From an uncultured Gammaproteobacteria bacterium (lineage in GTDB: Bacteria > Patescibacteriota > Patescibacteriia > UBA9934 > GWF2-40-263), in contig CAYNRK010000002.1 in assembly GCA_964399675.1 (NCBI GenBank), positions 112,982 to 174,308 of the forward strand: a DNA stretch of 61,327 bases, in the 5' to 3' direction. Shown one piece after another: positions 1 to 7,846 of this stretch. Position 1 is the stretch's first letter; the number at the start of each line of letters is the position of its first letter. Made by a program: the position numbers and the translations under genes. A model generated the notes under the pieces. The model was not told the DNA's origin and did no database searches. It worked only from the letters and a program-made list of their open reading frames with translations.

Positions 1-1040
1 CGTATAATTCTCTTGGCTGCAATGCGGTGCATGAGATGATGTGACCAATAATTCTTTTCATCTTTTGCTGCTTCAAACAAAAGCTCAATAACAGCTCCAT
101 CACGTAGATTTGTATAAGCGTATGGATCTGTTGGAATTTGTAAGTCGATTTCCTTTTGTTTAATTGCTTGTTCAAGACAATGAATAAACCCTGCTTTTGT
201 TTTGTGAAAATAAACTTGATCAATCATGTGATAACGCGCAAGCAAAATATCCTCAAACGCACGAACTCCATTCTCTGACAATGTAAAAATCAATTCCCCT
301 TCTCGTTCTGCAACGCTGATCGAAGAAATCAACCAATCAAGATCATAACTGCCATACGCTACGCCGCAGTAATAACTATCTCGCAAAAGATAATCCATAC
401 GATCACAATCCACCTCACCTGAAATCAAACCTTTGAGAACTTTTTGCAAACCCGGAATGCGTTCAATCAAACTCATGAAATACGATGAAGGTTTTATTTG
501 TCGATGAATCAATGAACAAATATCTTGTGCAAAGTCTTTTTCAAGTAAACCTTCTTTAGCAAGTGTTTGAATCAAAAGAACACTGTAATCTTCGTGAACA
601 GCTTGGCGGGTAAATTCCCCCCCTGCCCGAGGGGGGGTTAGGGGGGGTGGGAGTTTCCACCAATCCCAATTAAATGGCAAGTCTGACAGCTTTGGAAAAA
701 CCTCTTCTGAAGCATGAGAAAAAGGACCATGACCAATATCGTGCAAAAGCCCAGCGATTCTAACTCGACTGCGCAAAGACTCCAATTCTTCACTTGACAA
801 CTTTTCTTTTAAAGAATGCGAGCCCAAAATCATTTTTCCAAACAATCGCCCTGCAACATGCATTGCGCCAAGCGAATGTGTGAATCGATCATGAACAGCA
901 CCCGGATAAACATATGATTGCAAAAACCCAAGCTGGCTTATAAACCGAAGACGTTGAAAAAATGGATGATCAATAATCTCTTTTTCAAAATCATTAAAAG
1001 AGATACGTTTGTGAATTGGATCCCGAAGCTCGTAATTCAT
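1..1040 (-). CDS. HD-domain phosphohydrolase (SAMHD1/YdhJ-like dNTP triphosphohydrolase family), 3' end outside window
   Basis: Absent from the ORF track because there is no stop in the window. Manual translation from ATG 1040: MNYELRDPIHKRI...FQRLRFISQLG...HDRFTHSLG...LLHDIGHGPFSH...HEDYS...DCDRMDYLLRDSYYCGVAYG. Confidence 0.9.
   Translation of the reverse strand, partial: MNYELRDPIHKRISFNDFEKEIIDHPFFQRLRFISQLGFLQSYVYPGAVHDRFTHSLGAMHVAGRLFGKMILGSHSLKEKLSSEELESLRSRVRIAGLLHDIGHGPFSHASEEVFPKLSDLPFNWDWWKLPPPLTPPRAGGEFTRQAVHEDYSVLLIQTLAKEGLLEKDFAQDICSLIHRQIKPSSYFMSLIERIPGLQKVLKGLISGEVDCDRMDYLLRDSYYCGVAYGSYDLDWLISSISVAEREGELIFTLSENGVRAFEDILLARYHMIDQVYFHKTKAGFIHCLEQAIKQKEIDLQIPTDPYAYTNLRDGAVIELLFEAAKDEKNYWSHHLMHRIAAKRII
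617..651. repeat. G/C-tract palindromic repeat (family A), in frame inside the HD gene (PPPLTPPRAGGE)
   Basis: CCCCCCCTGCCCGAGGGGGGGTTAGGGGGGGTGGG matches the family-A pattern; reading frame stays open to HEDYS. Confidence 0.75.
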
Positions 1041-1096
1041 ATAATGGCATCTTAACGAGCATTGCCCCCCTTTTCAAGAGGACGTTCAAACTGTAG

Positions 1097-1181
1097 AGTT
1101 CCCCTCCTTTTCAAGGAGGGGTTAGGGGTGGTTATGCTTATGAAACGCTAACCCTCTGTAGTCCCCCTTGAAAAGGGGGAC
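1097..1181. repeat. Family A inverted doublet (intergenic)
   Basis: CCCCTCCTTTTCAAGGAGGGGTTAGGGG...CTAACCC..GTCCCCCTTGAAAAGGGGGAC; first 40 bp identical to 21977-22016. Confidence 0.85.
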
Positions 1182-1191
1182 TTTCGACATA

Positions 1192-1232
1192 CAAACAGAA
1201 ACACCCCAACCGTTTTCGTTTCGGCTGGGGTG
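1192..1232 (-). terminator. Intrinsic terminator of the 1258-2127 gene
   Basis: CACCCCAGCCG/CGGTTGGGGTG stem followed by TTTCTGTTTG on the minus strand. Confidence 0.7.
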
Positions 1233-1257
1233 AAGGAGAGGTGGCTCGACTTGAGCG

Positions 1258-2127
1258 CTATTCAGCGACGCGGCGCTCGGGTTCTACGAGACGATCTGGA
1301 TCCCCGTGGCTCCAACATGTGAAGAGCGCAACCAGCTCGAGCAGGGTTCTGCCACCCTCTTGGAACTTTGCAGCGGCCATGTTATCCCCAGGGGACTTGA
1401 ACCGCAGAATGTCTCCGCAGAACCTGAGCAAGCGGTACTGATCCCCATACAGCTCAGAGCATTGACTCTCGTCCTCGAGACGAGCCTGAAGAGTACGGAG
1501 TCCGGCAGGTGTGAACTCGGTTTCAGACCAGCCAGACCACAGCGGAGTCTGGTGCGTAACCACGGCCCTAGCACAACCCATCAGGTCGAGACAGCTGTTG
1601 AGCAGGGCGTAGAGCGGGGAGATCGCTTCCATGACCCAATACTCTCGAAGCAGGTGGAACGCACGTGCTTCCAAAGTCGCCTTGAGCAGAAGACCTTGAC
1701 CCAGAGCTTCGTTCGAAGCCATCCTCAGACACTCCCACTCACGAGACATGAACTCGTGAGCGTTCTTCACGTCACGCGCACTGAGTCCGGCAAGAGCGTT
1801 TGGTTCGAGCGCCAGGAACATGAGAACACGCTCTCTTGCGAACTTGGTTCTGACCCTTGGCACAACGTGCCGGACCAACACCTTCTTGGCGAGCTTGCGT
1901 AGGGAGGCATCCGGTTCTACGATCTTGACCTCGCTCGCAACCTCGATAAGGAAGCCAACTGTAAGGTCACGTTCAGCACTATTCCGACTGTCGCGCTCTT
2001 GTGCTGCATGAATCAGTCCCGCAGCCTCCTCTGGACGCGTCGTGCGCCTGTATCGATTGACGATTTGAGCAATCACCATCCGGGTTCGATCTCGAGGAAC
2101 TGCGTTTGGAAAAAGCGGATCTGCCAT
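1258..2127 (-). CDS. Hypothetical protein (GC-rich, predicted mostly helical, ~289 aa)
   Basis: 299-aa ORF; start moved to ATG 2127, which follows an AAGGGAGAGG RBS. No recognisable family. Confidence 0.75.
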   Translation of the reverse strand: MADPLFPNAVPRDRTRMVIAQIVNRYRRTTRPEEAAGLIHAAQERDSRNSAERDLTVGFLIEVASEVKIVEPDASLRKLAKKVLVRHVVPRVRTKFARERVLMFLALEPNALAGLSARDVKNAHEFMSREWECLRMASNEALGQGLLLKATLEARAFHLLREYWVMEAISPLYALLNSCLDLMGCARAVVTHQTPLWSGWSETEFTPAGLRTLQARLEDESQCSELYGDQYRLLRFCGDILRFKSPGDNMAAAKFQEGGRTLLELVALFTCWSHGDPDRLVEPERRVAE

Positions 2128-2238
2128 GATTTCCTCTCCCTTTTGCGTGCTTAGCATTTGTGCTTAGCACAGGATTGGTTACATGTTCACTCGCTGCCGG
2201 CGAGCACGGGCCAACGCTTTGTGCGCCTAACAAAAAAA

Positions 2239-2267
2239 ATCGTAGTTGAAAACCACGAGCTTGTCAA
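2239..2267 (-). promoter_or_regulatory. Sigma70-type promoter TTGACA-N17-TACGAT
   Basis: Read directly; upstream of the 1258-2127 gene. Confidence 0.6.
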
Positions 2268-2292
2268 TCCCGCCTCTCGCGAGAGGCGGGAT
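2267..2292. repeat. Perfect 26-bp palindrome ATCCCGCCTCTCGCGAGAGGCGGGAT
   Basis: Self-reverse-complementary; abuts the -35 element. Confidence 0.8.
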
Positions 2293-2323
2293 CACTGGTT
2301 TTTAATATTTTCAAGACTCACAT

Positions 2324-2357
2324 GTACATTAAATCCTCATATGAGGATTTAATGTAC
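2324..2357. repeat. CATATG-centred perfect palindrome (34 bp, subtype Y)
   Basis: GTACATTAAATCCT-CATATG-AGGATTTAATGTAC. Confidence 0.9.
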
Positions 2358-2401
2358 GCCTAACTGAACCGCAATAGACCGCAAGCAAGTAGCGATCTAG
2401 A

Positions 2402-2437
2402 TTGATGTAAAGTTTCCATATGGAAACTTTACATCAA
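2402..2437. repeat. CATATG-centred perfect palindrome (36 bp, subtype X)
   Basis: TTGATGTAAAGTTTC-CATATG-GAAACTTTACATCAA; same outer arms as the sites at 30161 and 30756. Confidence 0.9.
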
Positions 2438-2471
2438 TGCTTTTTTAAATATTTTAATTTTTTCAAGACTC

Positions 2472-2513
2472 AAGTGTACATTAAATCGCCATATGGAAGT
2501 TTAATGTACACTT
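2472..2513. repeat. CATATG-centred imperfect palindrome (42 bp, subtype Y)
   Basis: AAGTGTACATTAAATCGC-CATATG-GAAGTTTAATGTACACTT; overlaps the uppP stop codon. Confidence 0.85.
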
Positions 2514-3294
2514 ATGTTAAAAGAATCATCACACCAAGCAGGATTCGGAAAATGGCAATTCCTGTGTATGAATTTGTTTTTAAAAATGTGAGAAGGAATT
2601 TGATTGTAAGAAAAGCAGCTACAACTGAAGTAATAAATCCAATCAAAAGTGGCGCGTACCCAATCGATGCACTAGCAGTAACCCCCCCTAACCCCCCCTT
2701 GAAAAGGGGGGGGATGGCTTTCAAAAGACCTGCGGCTGCAATGGTTGGGATTCCAAGCAAGAAAGAAAACTTGGTTGCAGTCTCGCGAGTTAATTTCCCA
2801 AACAACCCAGCTGTAATTGTAATTCCAGACCTAGATGTTCCAGGAATCAAAGCAAGAACTTGAGCGAATCCAATTACCAATGACTTTTTCCAACCAACCA
2901 TTTCAACTGAATCTTTTTTTGTTCCAGCAGCACGATCAGCAAAGTAAAGTACAATTCCCCAAACTATAAACGACCAAGCAACAACCTGAGTTGAACGAAG
3001 CGCAAGCTCAACAAAATCTTGCGCAAAAAAACCAACAATCACAATTGGAATCGTTGCGAGGATAATCCAATATCCTAAGGATTTCCATTTTTTAAAGCCA
3101 AGCAGTACTTCTGGCCAGAGCGCCCAGATCACTGCAGCAAGAGTTCCAAAATGAACAATGGCATCAAATGAAAGACTCTGAATCTCCCACCCAAGCCACT
3201 CTGGTATCAAAATCAAAAATCCCGAACTTGAGATCGGGAGAAATTCTGTTATTCCTTGAACAATTCCAAGAGTAAAGGCTTGAATCAAACTCAT
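2512..3294 (-). CDS. uppP: Undecaprenyl-diphosphatase UppP (BacA)
   Basis: GIVQGITEFLPISSSG and ALIPGTSRSGITI motifs; likely start MSLIQAF at 3294. Confidence 0.95.
   Translation of the reverse strand: MSLIQAFTLGIVQGITEFLPISSSGFLILIPEWLGWEIQSLSFDAIVHFGTLAAVIWALWPEVLLGFKKWKSLGYWIILATIPIVIVGFFAQDFVELALRSTQVVAWSFIVWGIVLYFADRAAGTKKDSVEMVGWKKSLVIGFAQVLALIPGTSRSGITITAGLFGKLTRETATKFSFLLGIPTIAAAGLLKAIPPLFKGGLGGVTASASIGYAPLLIGFITSVVAAFLTIKFLLTFLKTNSYTGIAIFRILLGVMILLT
2679..2715. repeat. Family A repeat in frame inside uppP (PPLFKGGLGGV)
   Basis: TAACCCCCCCTAACCCCCCCTTGAAAAGGGGGGG. Confidence 0.85.
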
Positions 3295-3295
3295 G

Positions 3296-5194
3296 TTAAT
3301 CAAACTTTATTGATTGACCTGTTTTAAGTGTTCCAGATTGAGCGTCTGGTTTGTTTTCATTTTTTTTTGGTTGGCGCTCTTCTTGTTTAGGTGCTTGTTG
3401 TGAAGAACCTCCTGAGCTTGGTTTCTTTTTCTTTCGTTTTCGTTTTCGTTTCTTTTTTGGCCCATCTCCCCCGGTGTCTTTGCGAGGAGTCTGATCTCGA
3501 TCAGACGACGAAGCAATCTTCGTATTCTTTTCGTTTTCTTTTACGGGGTTTGCTTCGGTCGCTTCGCTCCCTCGCAATGACGCAGGTGGCAAATCCCCCA
3601 ACGAAATCGACGGTTCTTCCGGAGCCTTTTCAATCACCTCACCTTCTGAAGGCTTTGGTGGTGCTTCTTGTTTTGGTTTTTCTTTTTTACGTACCTGTTT
3701 CTTCTTTTTTCCTGACTTTCTTTCCTCTCTTACAATTTCAATACAATCTTCACAATAGATTGGTCGCGAGCGATCAAGCTCAACCGGCAAAACCATATCT
3801 TTGTTACAGCGCGTACAATTATACTCGTGTCTTGGCTTGCGAGATTGTTTAGCAGCCTTCTTTTTCTCTTCAGCCTCTTTGTACATTTGCTCATCATCTA
3901 TTTCATCCATTCCAGACCATTTCACAATTTTTTCCTCAATCTCAGCACGTTTATGTGCATATCTTTCTCGTGAAATTTTAATTACTTTTTCTTCAGAGTG
4001 TGTAACATTTGCAATTGGCGGTAAAGTAATTGCTGAAAATGGTTGACTTGTAACTCCATCAATTAAAAGTTTCAAATAAATATTAAACTTTGGAAGGTTG
4101 ATAATGTCTTCTGGAGTAAAGCGCGGCATGAACTCGGTTTCCATGTACGTTGCATCAGGCGAACCAACACGAAAAGCAATAATGCTTCCAACGTTTCCAA
4201 ACACAGCTTCACGCACCTCATCTGTAAGTTGAGCAATATACTGGTGAGCCATTGTAAGACACAGTCGATACTTTCTGGCCTCAGACAAAATACCGGCAAA
4301 CGACTCAACAGCAAAGTTTTGAAACTCATCAACATACAAATAAAAGTCTTCACGTTCGATCTCTGGGATATCAACACGTTCCATTGCGGCAAGTTGGATC
4401 TTGGAAATCAAAAGACCTCCTAAAAGCCTTGAGTTGTCTTCACCAATTCGCCCTTTTGACAAGTTGATAATAAAAATTTTCTTATTATCCATTATTTCGC
4501 GAATATTGATTGAAGATTTTACCTGAGCAACAATGTTTCGAATAATTGACGCGGAAAGAAACTGACCAATCTTGTTTTGAATTGGAGCAACTGCTTCTTG
4601 AGCATACTTATCGTTGTAACTTGCAAACTCTTTAAGCCAGAACTGCTTCACAACAGGATCTGTTACATTGCCAACCATTCGTTTTCTGTAATCTGCGTCA
4701 GACAAGATTCTATTAATACCAAGCAATGTTGAACCAGGATTATCAAGAAGCGCAAGAATGGTGTTATTTAAAATGTATTCCATTCTGGAGGACCACATGT
4801 TTTCCCAAATCTTTTTGAAAACCGCCATCATTCCACTTGTAACCAAATGTTTATGGCGCTCACTAACTGCTTCCAAGATATTAAAACCAATCGGATACTC
4901 AACATCAGACGGATTAAAATACACAACATCATTCATTCGCCAGCTTGGAATATAATCAATAATTTTCTCTGCAGTATCTCCGTGAGGGTCAACATAACAA
5001 CAACCATGACCGGCATAAATATCAGACAAGATGTAATTTTCAAGAAGAGTCGTCTTTCCCATACCAGTCTTTCCAATAACATAAACGTGCCGACGTCTGT
5101 CATCGGTTTTGACACCAAACTTTGTCATTGAATTTCTAAAATTCGTTTTTGCAAAGTAGGTCACCTCATTTTCGTGGTCATGATTGTATGGCAT
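3296..5194 (-). CDS. VirB4/TraD(TrwB)/HerA-like P-loop ATPase with CxxC-x17-CxxC Zn module and a basic disordered tail
   Basis: IGKTGMGKT Walker A, YVDPHGD, LYVDEFQNF Walker B, LSEARKYRL; CTRC...CEDC. Confidence 0.85.
   Translation of the reverse strand: MPYNHDHENEVTYFAKTNFRNSMTKFGVKTDDRRRHVYVIGKTGMGKTTLLENYILSDIYAGHGCCYVDPHGDTAEKIIDYIPSWRMNDVVYFNPSDVEYPIGFNILEAVSERHKHLVTSGMMAVFKKIWENMWSSRMEYILNNTILALLDNPGSTLLGINRILSDADYRKRMVGNVTDPVVKQFWLKEFASYNDKYAQEAVAPIQNKIGQFLSASIIRNIVAQVKSSINIREIMDNKKIFIINLSKGRIGEDNSRLLGGLLISKIQLAAMERVDIPEIEREDFYLYVDEFQNFAVESFAGILSEARKYRLCLTMAHQYIAQLTDEVREAVFGNVGSIIAFRVGSPDATYMETEFMPRFTPEDIINLPKFNIYLKLLIDGVTSQPFSAITLPPIANVTHSEEKVIKISRERYAHKRAEIEEKIVKWSGMDEIDDEQMYKEAEEKKKAAKQSRKPRHEYNCTRCNKDMVLPVELDRSRPIYCEDCIEIVREERKSGKKKKQVRKKEKPKQEAPPKPSEGEVIEKAPEEPSISLGDLPPASLRGSEATEANPVKENEKNTKIASSSDRDQTPRKDTGGDGPKKKRKRKRKKKKPSSGGSSQQAPKQEERQPKKNENKPDAQSGTLKTGQSIKFD
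3550..3583. repeat. Family B (GTCAT..ATGAC-type) repeat unit in frame (SLRGSEATEA)
   Basis: TTGCTTCGGTCGCTTCGCTCCCTCGCAATGACGC resembles the units at 47462-47580. Confidence 0.75.
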
Positions 5195-5197
5195 AAA

Positions 5198-6772
5198 TTA
5201 AATAGGAAGATTTGATGGCACTGAATCATCTTTTTTAATTTCATCAGACGGAGCCTCTACGCTAGGCAAAGCTTCTGAAAGTGGTTCACCAAGTTCTGAT
5301 GGCAAACCACGTAGAGCTTCTACTTCACGTGGCAAGCCAATTGGCGGTTCAGCTTTTGCCACAGGCGATGCGGGTTCAACAGGAATGTCAGCAAGAGGTT
5401 GCGTGTCCACCCCTAAACCAGGCAGTGTGTTTTCATCAAGTGTAATTGGCAACCCAACCGGTGGTTCTGCTTTGCGAGCCTCAGCTTTTTTAACAAGCGG
5501 AGCTTTGATTGCAATCGTTGGGAAATGCCAAAGGCTAGCCAACTCTTCAGTATTAAGAAAAATCGGATCAGCCCCAATTCCCCAATTACGAGTTTTATAA
5601 CCTCTCATAAGCGCCTCCTGTTTTTTTGTATAAACCCATCGCATCCAAAAATAATCATCTTTTGGTACTTGTGGAATATAAAGCGTGAATTTGTTCCAGT
5701 TAAGGTGAGAATACTGAAGTAAAATTCCCTTAACCATTCCAGTTCTTTCAACTTTTACAAAGGCATTTTTCTTTGCTGTATATAAAATTCGAATCTTGGC
5801 ACCATGACCAACCTTTGTGGCTTTTCGTAGAATTGCGTCTGCTTCTTCTTTTTCAGTTAAAGAAATCTTAAAAACCTTCCACGGATCATCTTCTCCATTT
5901 TCCCCTTCAGAAAAAAGCATTGGTTTTAAATTAACTTCTGTTGCGTGTTCAACAAGTTCAGCTGGCAATGTTAACGCAGCTTCTGTTGCCTTTCCTACCA
6001 TGCTTTTTTTCTTTTTTTCCTCTTTACCATAAATCTTATTCACATAAGCAACACCTTCATCTTTCCAGCTGCCTGTTGAAGGCTGAACAAGAATTTGGAT
6101 CCAAAAATGTTCCCCTGGTTTCATTCGAGCCATTTGTTCAAGTGTATACCCAAGTGGATCTTTAATTTCCTGGGTCAAACGATCCTCAAAATCAATATAG
6201 GTTCTGATCGGATACATGTAATGTTTATCAAGTGTTAATTCCCCTCCCCACATCTCATATTCATCATCTGGAAATTCGCTTGGAAACTTTTCTGTGTAAT
6301 CATCAACCTCTGTAATCTCAGCATCAGGATAGTGAGCATAAATTCCTGCCTCAATTGAATCTCTAAATCTTGTTTGAGTTCGGATAAGAAATTGAATATA
6401 TCCTTCTGATGAAATAATTTCAAAAGAAAAAACAGGATGAAGTCTTCCATAAATCCAAATCTCCTTCCAAGTAAGAGAAGATTTGCATCCGTAAATACTT
6501 GCAAAAAGATTTTCAAGAGCCTTTGGTGTTTGCTCGGTCATTGCAGGAACATCAATAGCAAGTAAAACGTATTTCAGTGATCTGGAAAAAATACCTTGAC
6601 GGTAGTTCTTCCACATTTGAATAAATCCCCAAAACAATGTGATAACAATCGGTATCCAACCAAACCAAACAAAGATACTAAAAATAATCTCATCTGCTGG
6701 CAGAGAGAAAAAAGAAGGGGCTAGGGTTGGTGTCGTTTCTTGAACGATCGGAATTGCGAATAATGGAAGCAT
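5198..6772 (-). CDS. Membrane-anchored protein of the type commonly found beside CPR VirB4-like ATPases
   Basis: N-terminal TM helix; SFEIIS, YPDAEITEVDDY and LNTEELASLWHFP motifs. The track's start runs through a repeat; ATG 6772 follows a TGCTATAAT extended -10. Confidence 0.75.
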   Translation of the reverse strand: MLPLFAIPIVQETTPTLAPSFFSLPADEIIFSIFVWFGWIPIVITLFWGFIQMWKNYRQGIFSRSLKYVLLAIDVPAMTEQTPKALENLFASIYGCKSSLTWKEIWIYGRLHPVFSFEIISSEGYIQFLIRTQTRFRDSIEAGIYAHYPDAEITEVDDYTEKFPSEFPDDEYEMWGGELTLDKHYMYPIRTYIDFEDRLTQEIKDPLGYTLEQMARMKPGEHFWIQILVQPSTGSWKDEGVAYVNKIYGKEEKKKKSMVGKATEAALTLPAELVEHATEVNLKPMLFSEGENGEDDPWKVFKISLTEKEEADAILRKATKVGHGAKIRILYTAKKNAFVKVERTGMVKGILLQYSHLNWNKFTLYIPQVPKDDYFWMRWVYTKKQEALMRGYKTRNWGIGADPIFLNTEELASLWHFPTIAIKAPLVKKAEARKAEPPVGLPITLDENTLPGLGVDTQPLADIPVEPASPVAKAEPPIGLPREVEALRGLPSELGEPLSEALPSVEAPSDEIKKDDSVPSNLPI

Positions 6773-6791
6773 ATTCCAGTAATAATTATAG

Positions 6792-6823
6792 CAAAAAATC
6801 AGGGCATTGTCCCTGATTTTTTG
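6792..6823. promoter_or_regulatory. 13-bp-arm inverted repeat overlapping the promoter (operator or terminator)
   Basis: CAAAAAATCAGGG-CATTGT-CCCTGATTTTTTG next to TGCTATAAT. Confidence 0.45.
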
Positions 6824-6826
6824 TAA

Positions 6827-6948
6827 TGTCATCTCGAGCGAGACAAAGTCGAGCCGAGAGATCTCGAACATGCGAGATTTCTCCGCTCCGGCCCGTCTGA
6901 CGGGCCTCCGGTCGAAATGACATAATAATTACTCGGTCGAGATAACAA
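6827..6948. repeat. Family B nested palindromic element
   Basis: TGTCATCTCGAG...GAGATTTCTCCGCTCCGGCCCGTCTGACGGGCCTCCGGTCGAAATGACA; core shared with 15983 and 39609. Confidence 0.85.
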
Positions 6949-6951
6949 AAC

Positions 6952-7833
6952 TTACTTCCTTCTCAACTCCCAGGCAACAAGCAGTGGGGAGGCAATAAAA
7001 AGAGAAGAGTAAGTTCCAACCGCAATTCCAATTATCAGAGCCAAAGCAAACGGTTGTGTTGTTGCTCCTCCAAAAAGGAAAATTGCAATAAGTGCGAGTA
7101 ATGTGGTGACACTTGTGTTTACTGAACGTGAAAATGTTTGTTGAATACTTTGTTCAACTGTTGATTCAAAAGTATCTGCAGTTCGTCTTATTAAATTCTC
7201 ACGAGTTCTGTCAAAAACAACAACTGTGTCGTTGATTGAATAACCAAGGATCGTAAGAATTGCTGCCACAAACGCTGCTCCAACTTCCCAACCATACAAA
7301 TTTCCAAGAACAGAAAAAATTCCAATTGTGATTATTACATCATGAAATGCAGTAAAGATTGTAAGAAATCCGTATTTCCAGGACGCAACCGGCTCGGAAA
7401 CTTTGCGGAACGCCCATGCAACATAAAGACCGATCAAAATAAGTGTAAGCAAAACACCCGAAACTGCTGTTCGACGAAGCTCGTTTCCAATAATCGGACC
7501 AATGGAATCAAATCGAAGCTCATCAACTGTTTCAAACTTTGTCTGTAAAACCGATAACAATTCCTGATGTTGATCTTCAGAAAGGTCTTCGGTTCGAATC
7601 AAAATACCCGTCTCCCCTGTTGTTTGAATTGATGCTCCTGTAAAACCGGCACCATCAATTGCTGACCTAATCTCTGAAACTTCAAACGTTTCTGATACTT
7701 CAACTTCCAAAAGAGACCCGCCTGTAAAGTCGATTCCGAATTTTAGTCCCCAGACAAACAAAGAAATTATGCTCAGCACAATTAACACGCCTGAGAAAAT
7801 AAACCAAAGTTTTCTATTATCTACAATTTTCAT
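6952..7833 (-). CDS. secF: Protein translocase subunit SecF
   Basis: GIDFTGGS, IGPIIGNEL and GYSINDTVVVFDRTREN motifs; start MKIVDNRK at 7833. Confidence 0.95.
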   Translation of the reverse strand: MKIVDNRKLWFIFSGVLIVLSIISLFVWGLKFGIDFTGGSLLEVEVSETFEVSEIRSAIDGAGFTGASIQTTGETGILIRTEDLSEDQHQELLSVLQTKFETVDELRFDSIGPIIGNELRRTAVSGVLLTLILIGLYVAWAFRKVSEPVASWKYGFLTIFTAFHDVIITIGIFSVLGNLYGWEVGAAFVAAILTILGYSINDTVVVFDRTRENLIRRTADTFESTVEQSIQQTFSRSVNTSVTTLLALIAIFLFGGATTQPFALALIIGIAVGTYSSLFIASPLLVAWELRRK

Positions 7834-7846
7834 ATATCTACAATTT

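Noticed and set aside
1306-1902. 198-aa plus-strand ORF and other short overlaps
   Set aside because: Shadows of the GC-rich 1258-2127 gene, which has the promoter, RBS and terminator.
2300-2513. CRISPR array (three ~36-bp units with ~35-45-bp gaps; Cas2-like gene elsewhere)
   Set aside because: Units are of two sequence subtypes and are fully palindromic rather than identical direct repeats. There is no cas1, effector or leader. Kept as a palindrome family instead.
3296-5194. Conjugative element / ICE
   Set aside because: No relaxase, integrase, mating-pair genes or att sites; the ATPase is embedded among housekeeping genes.
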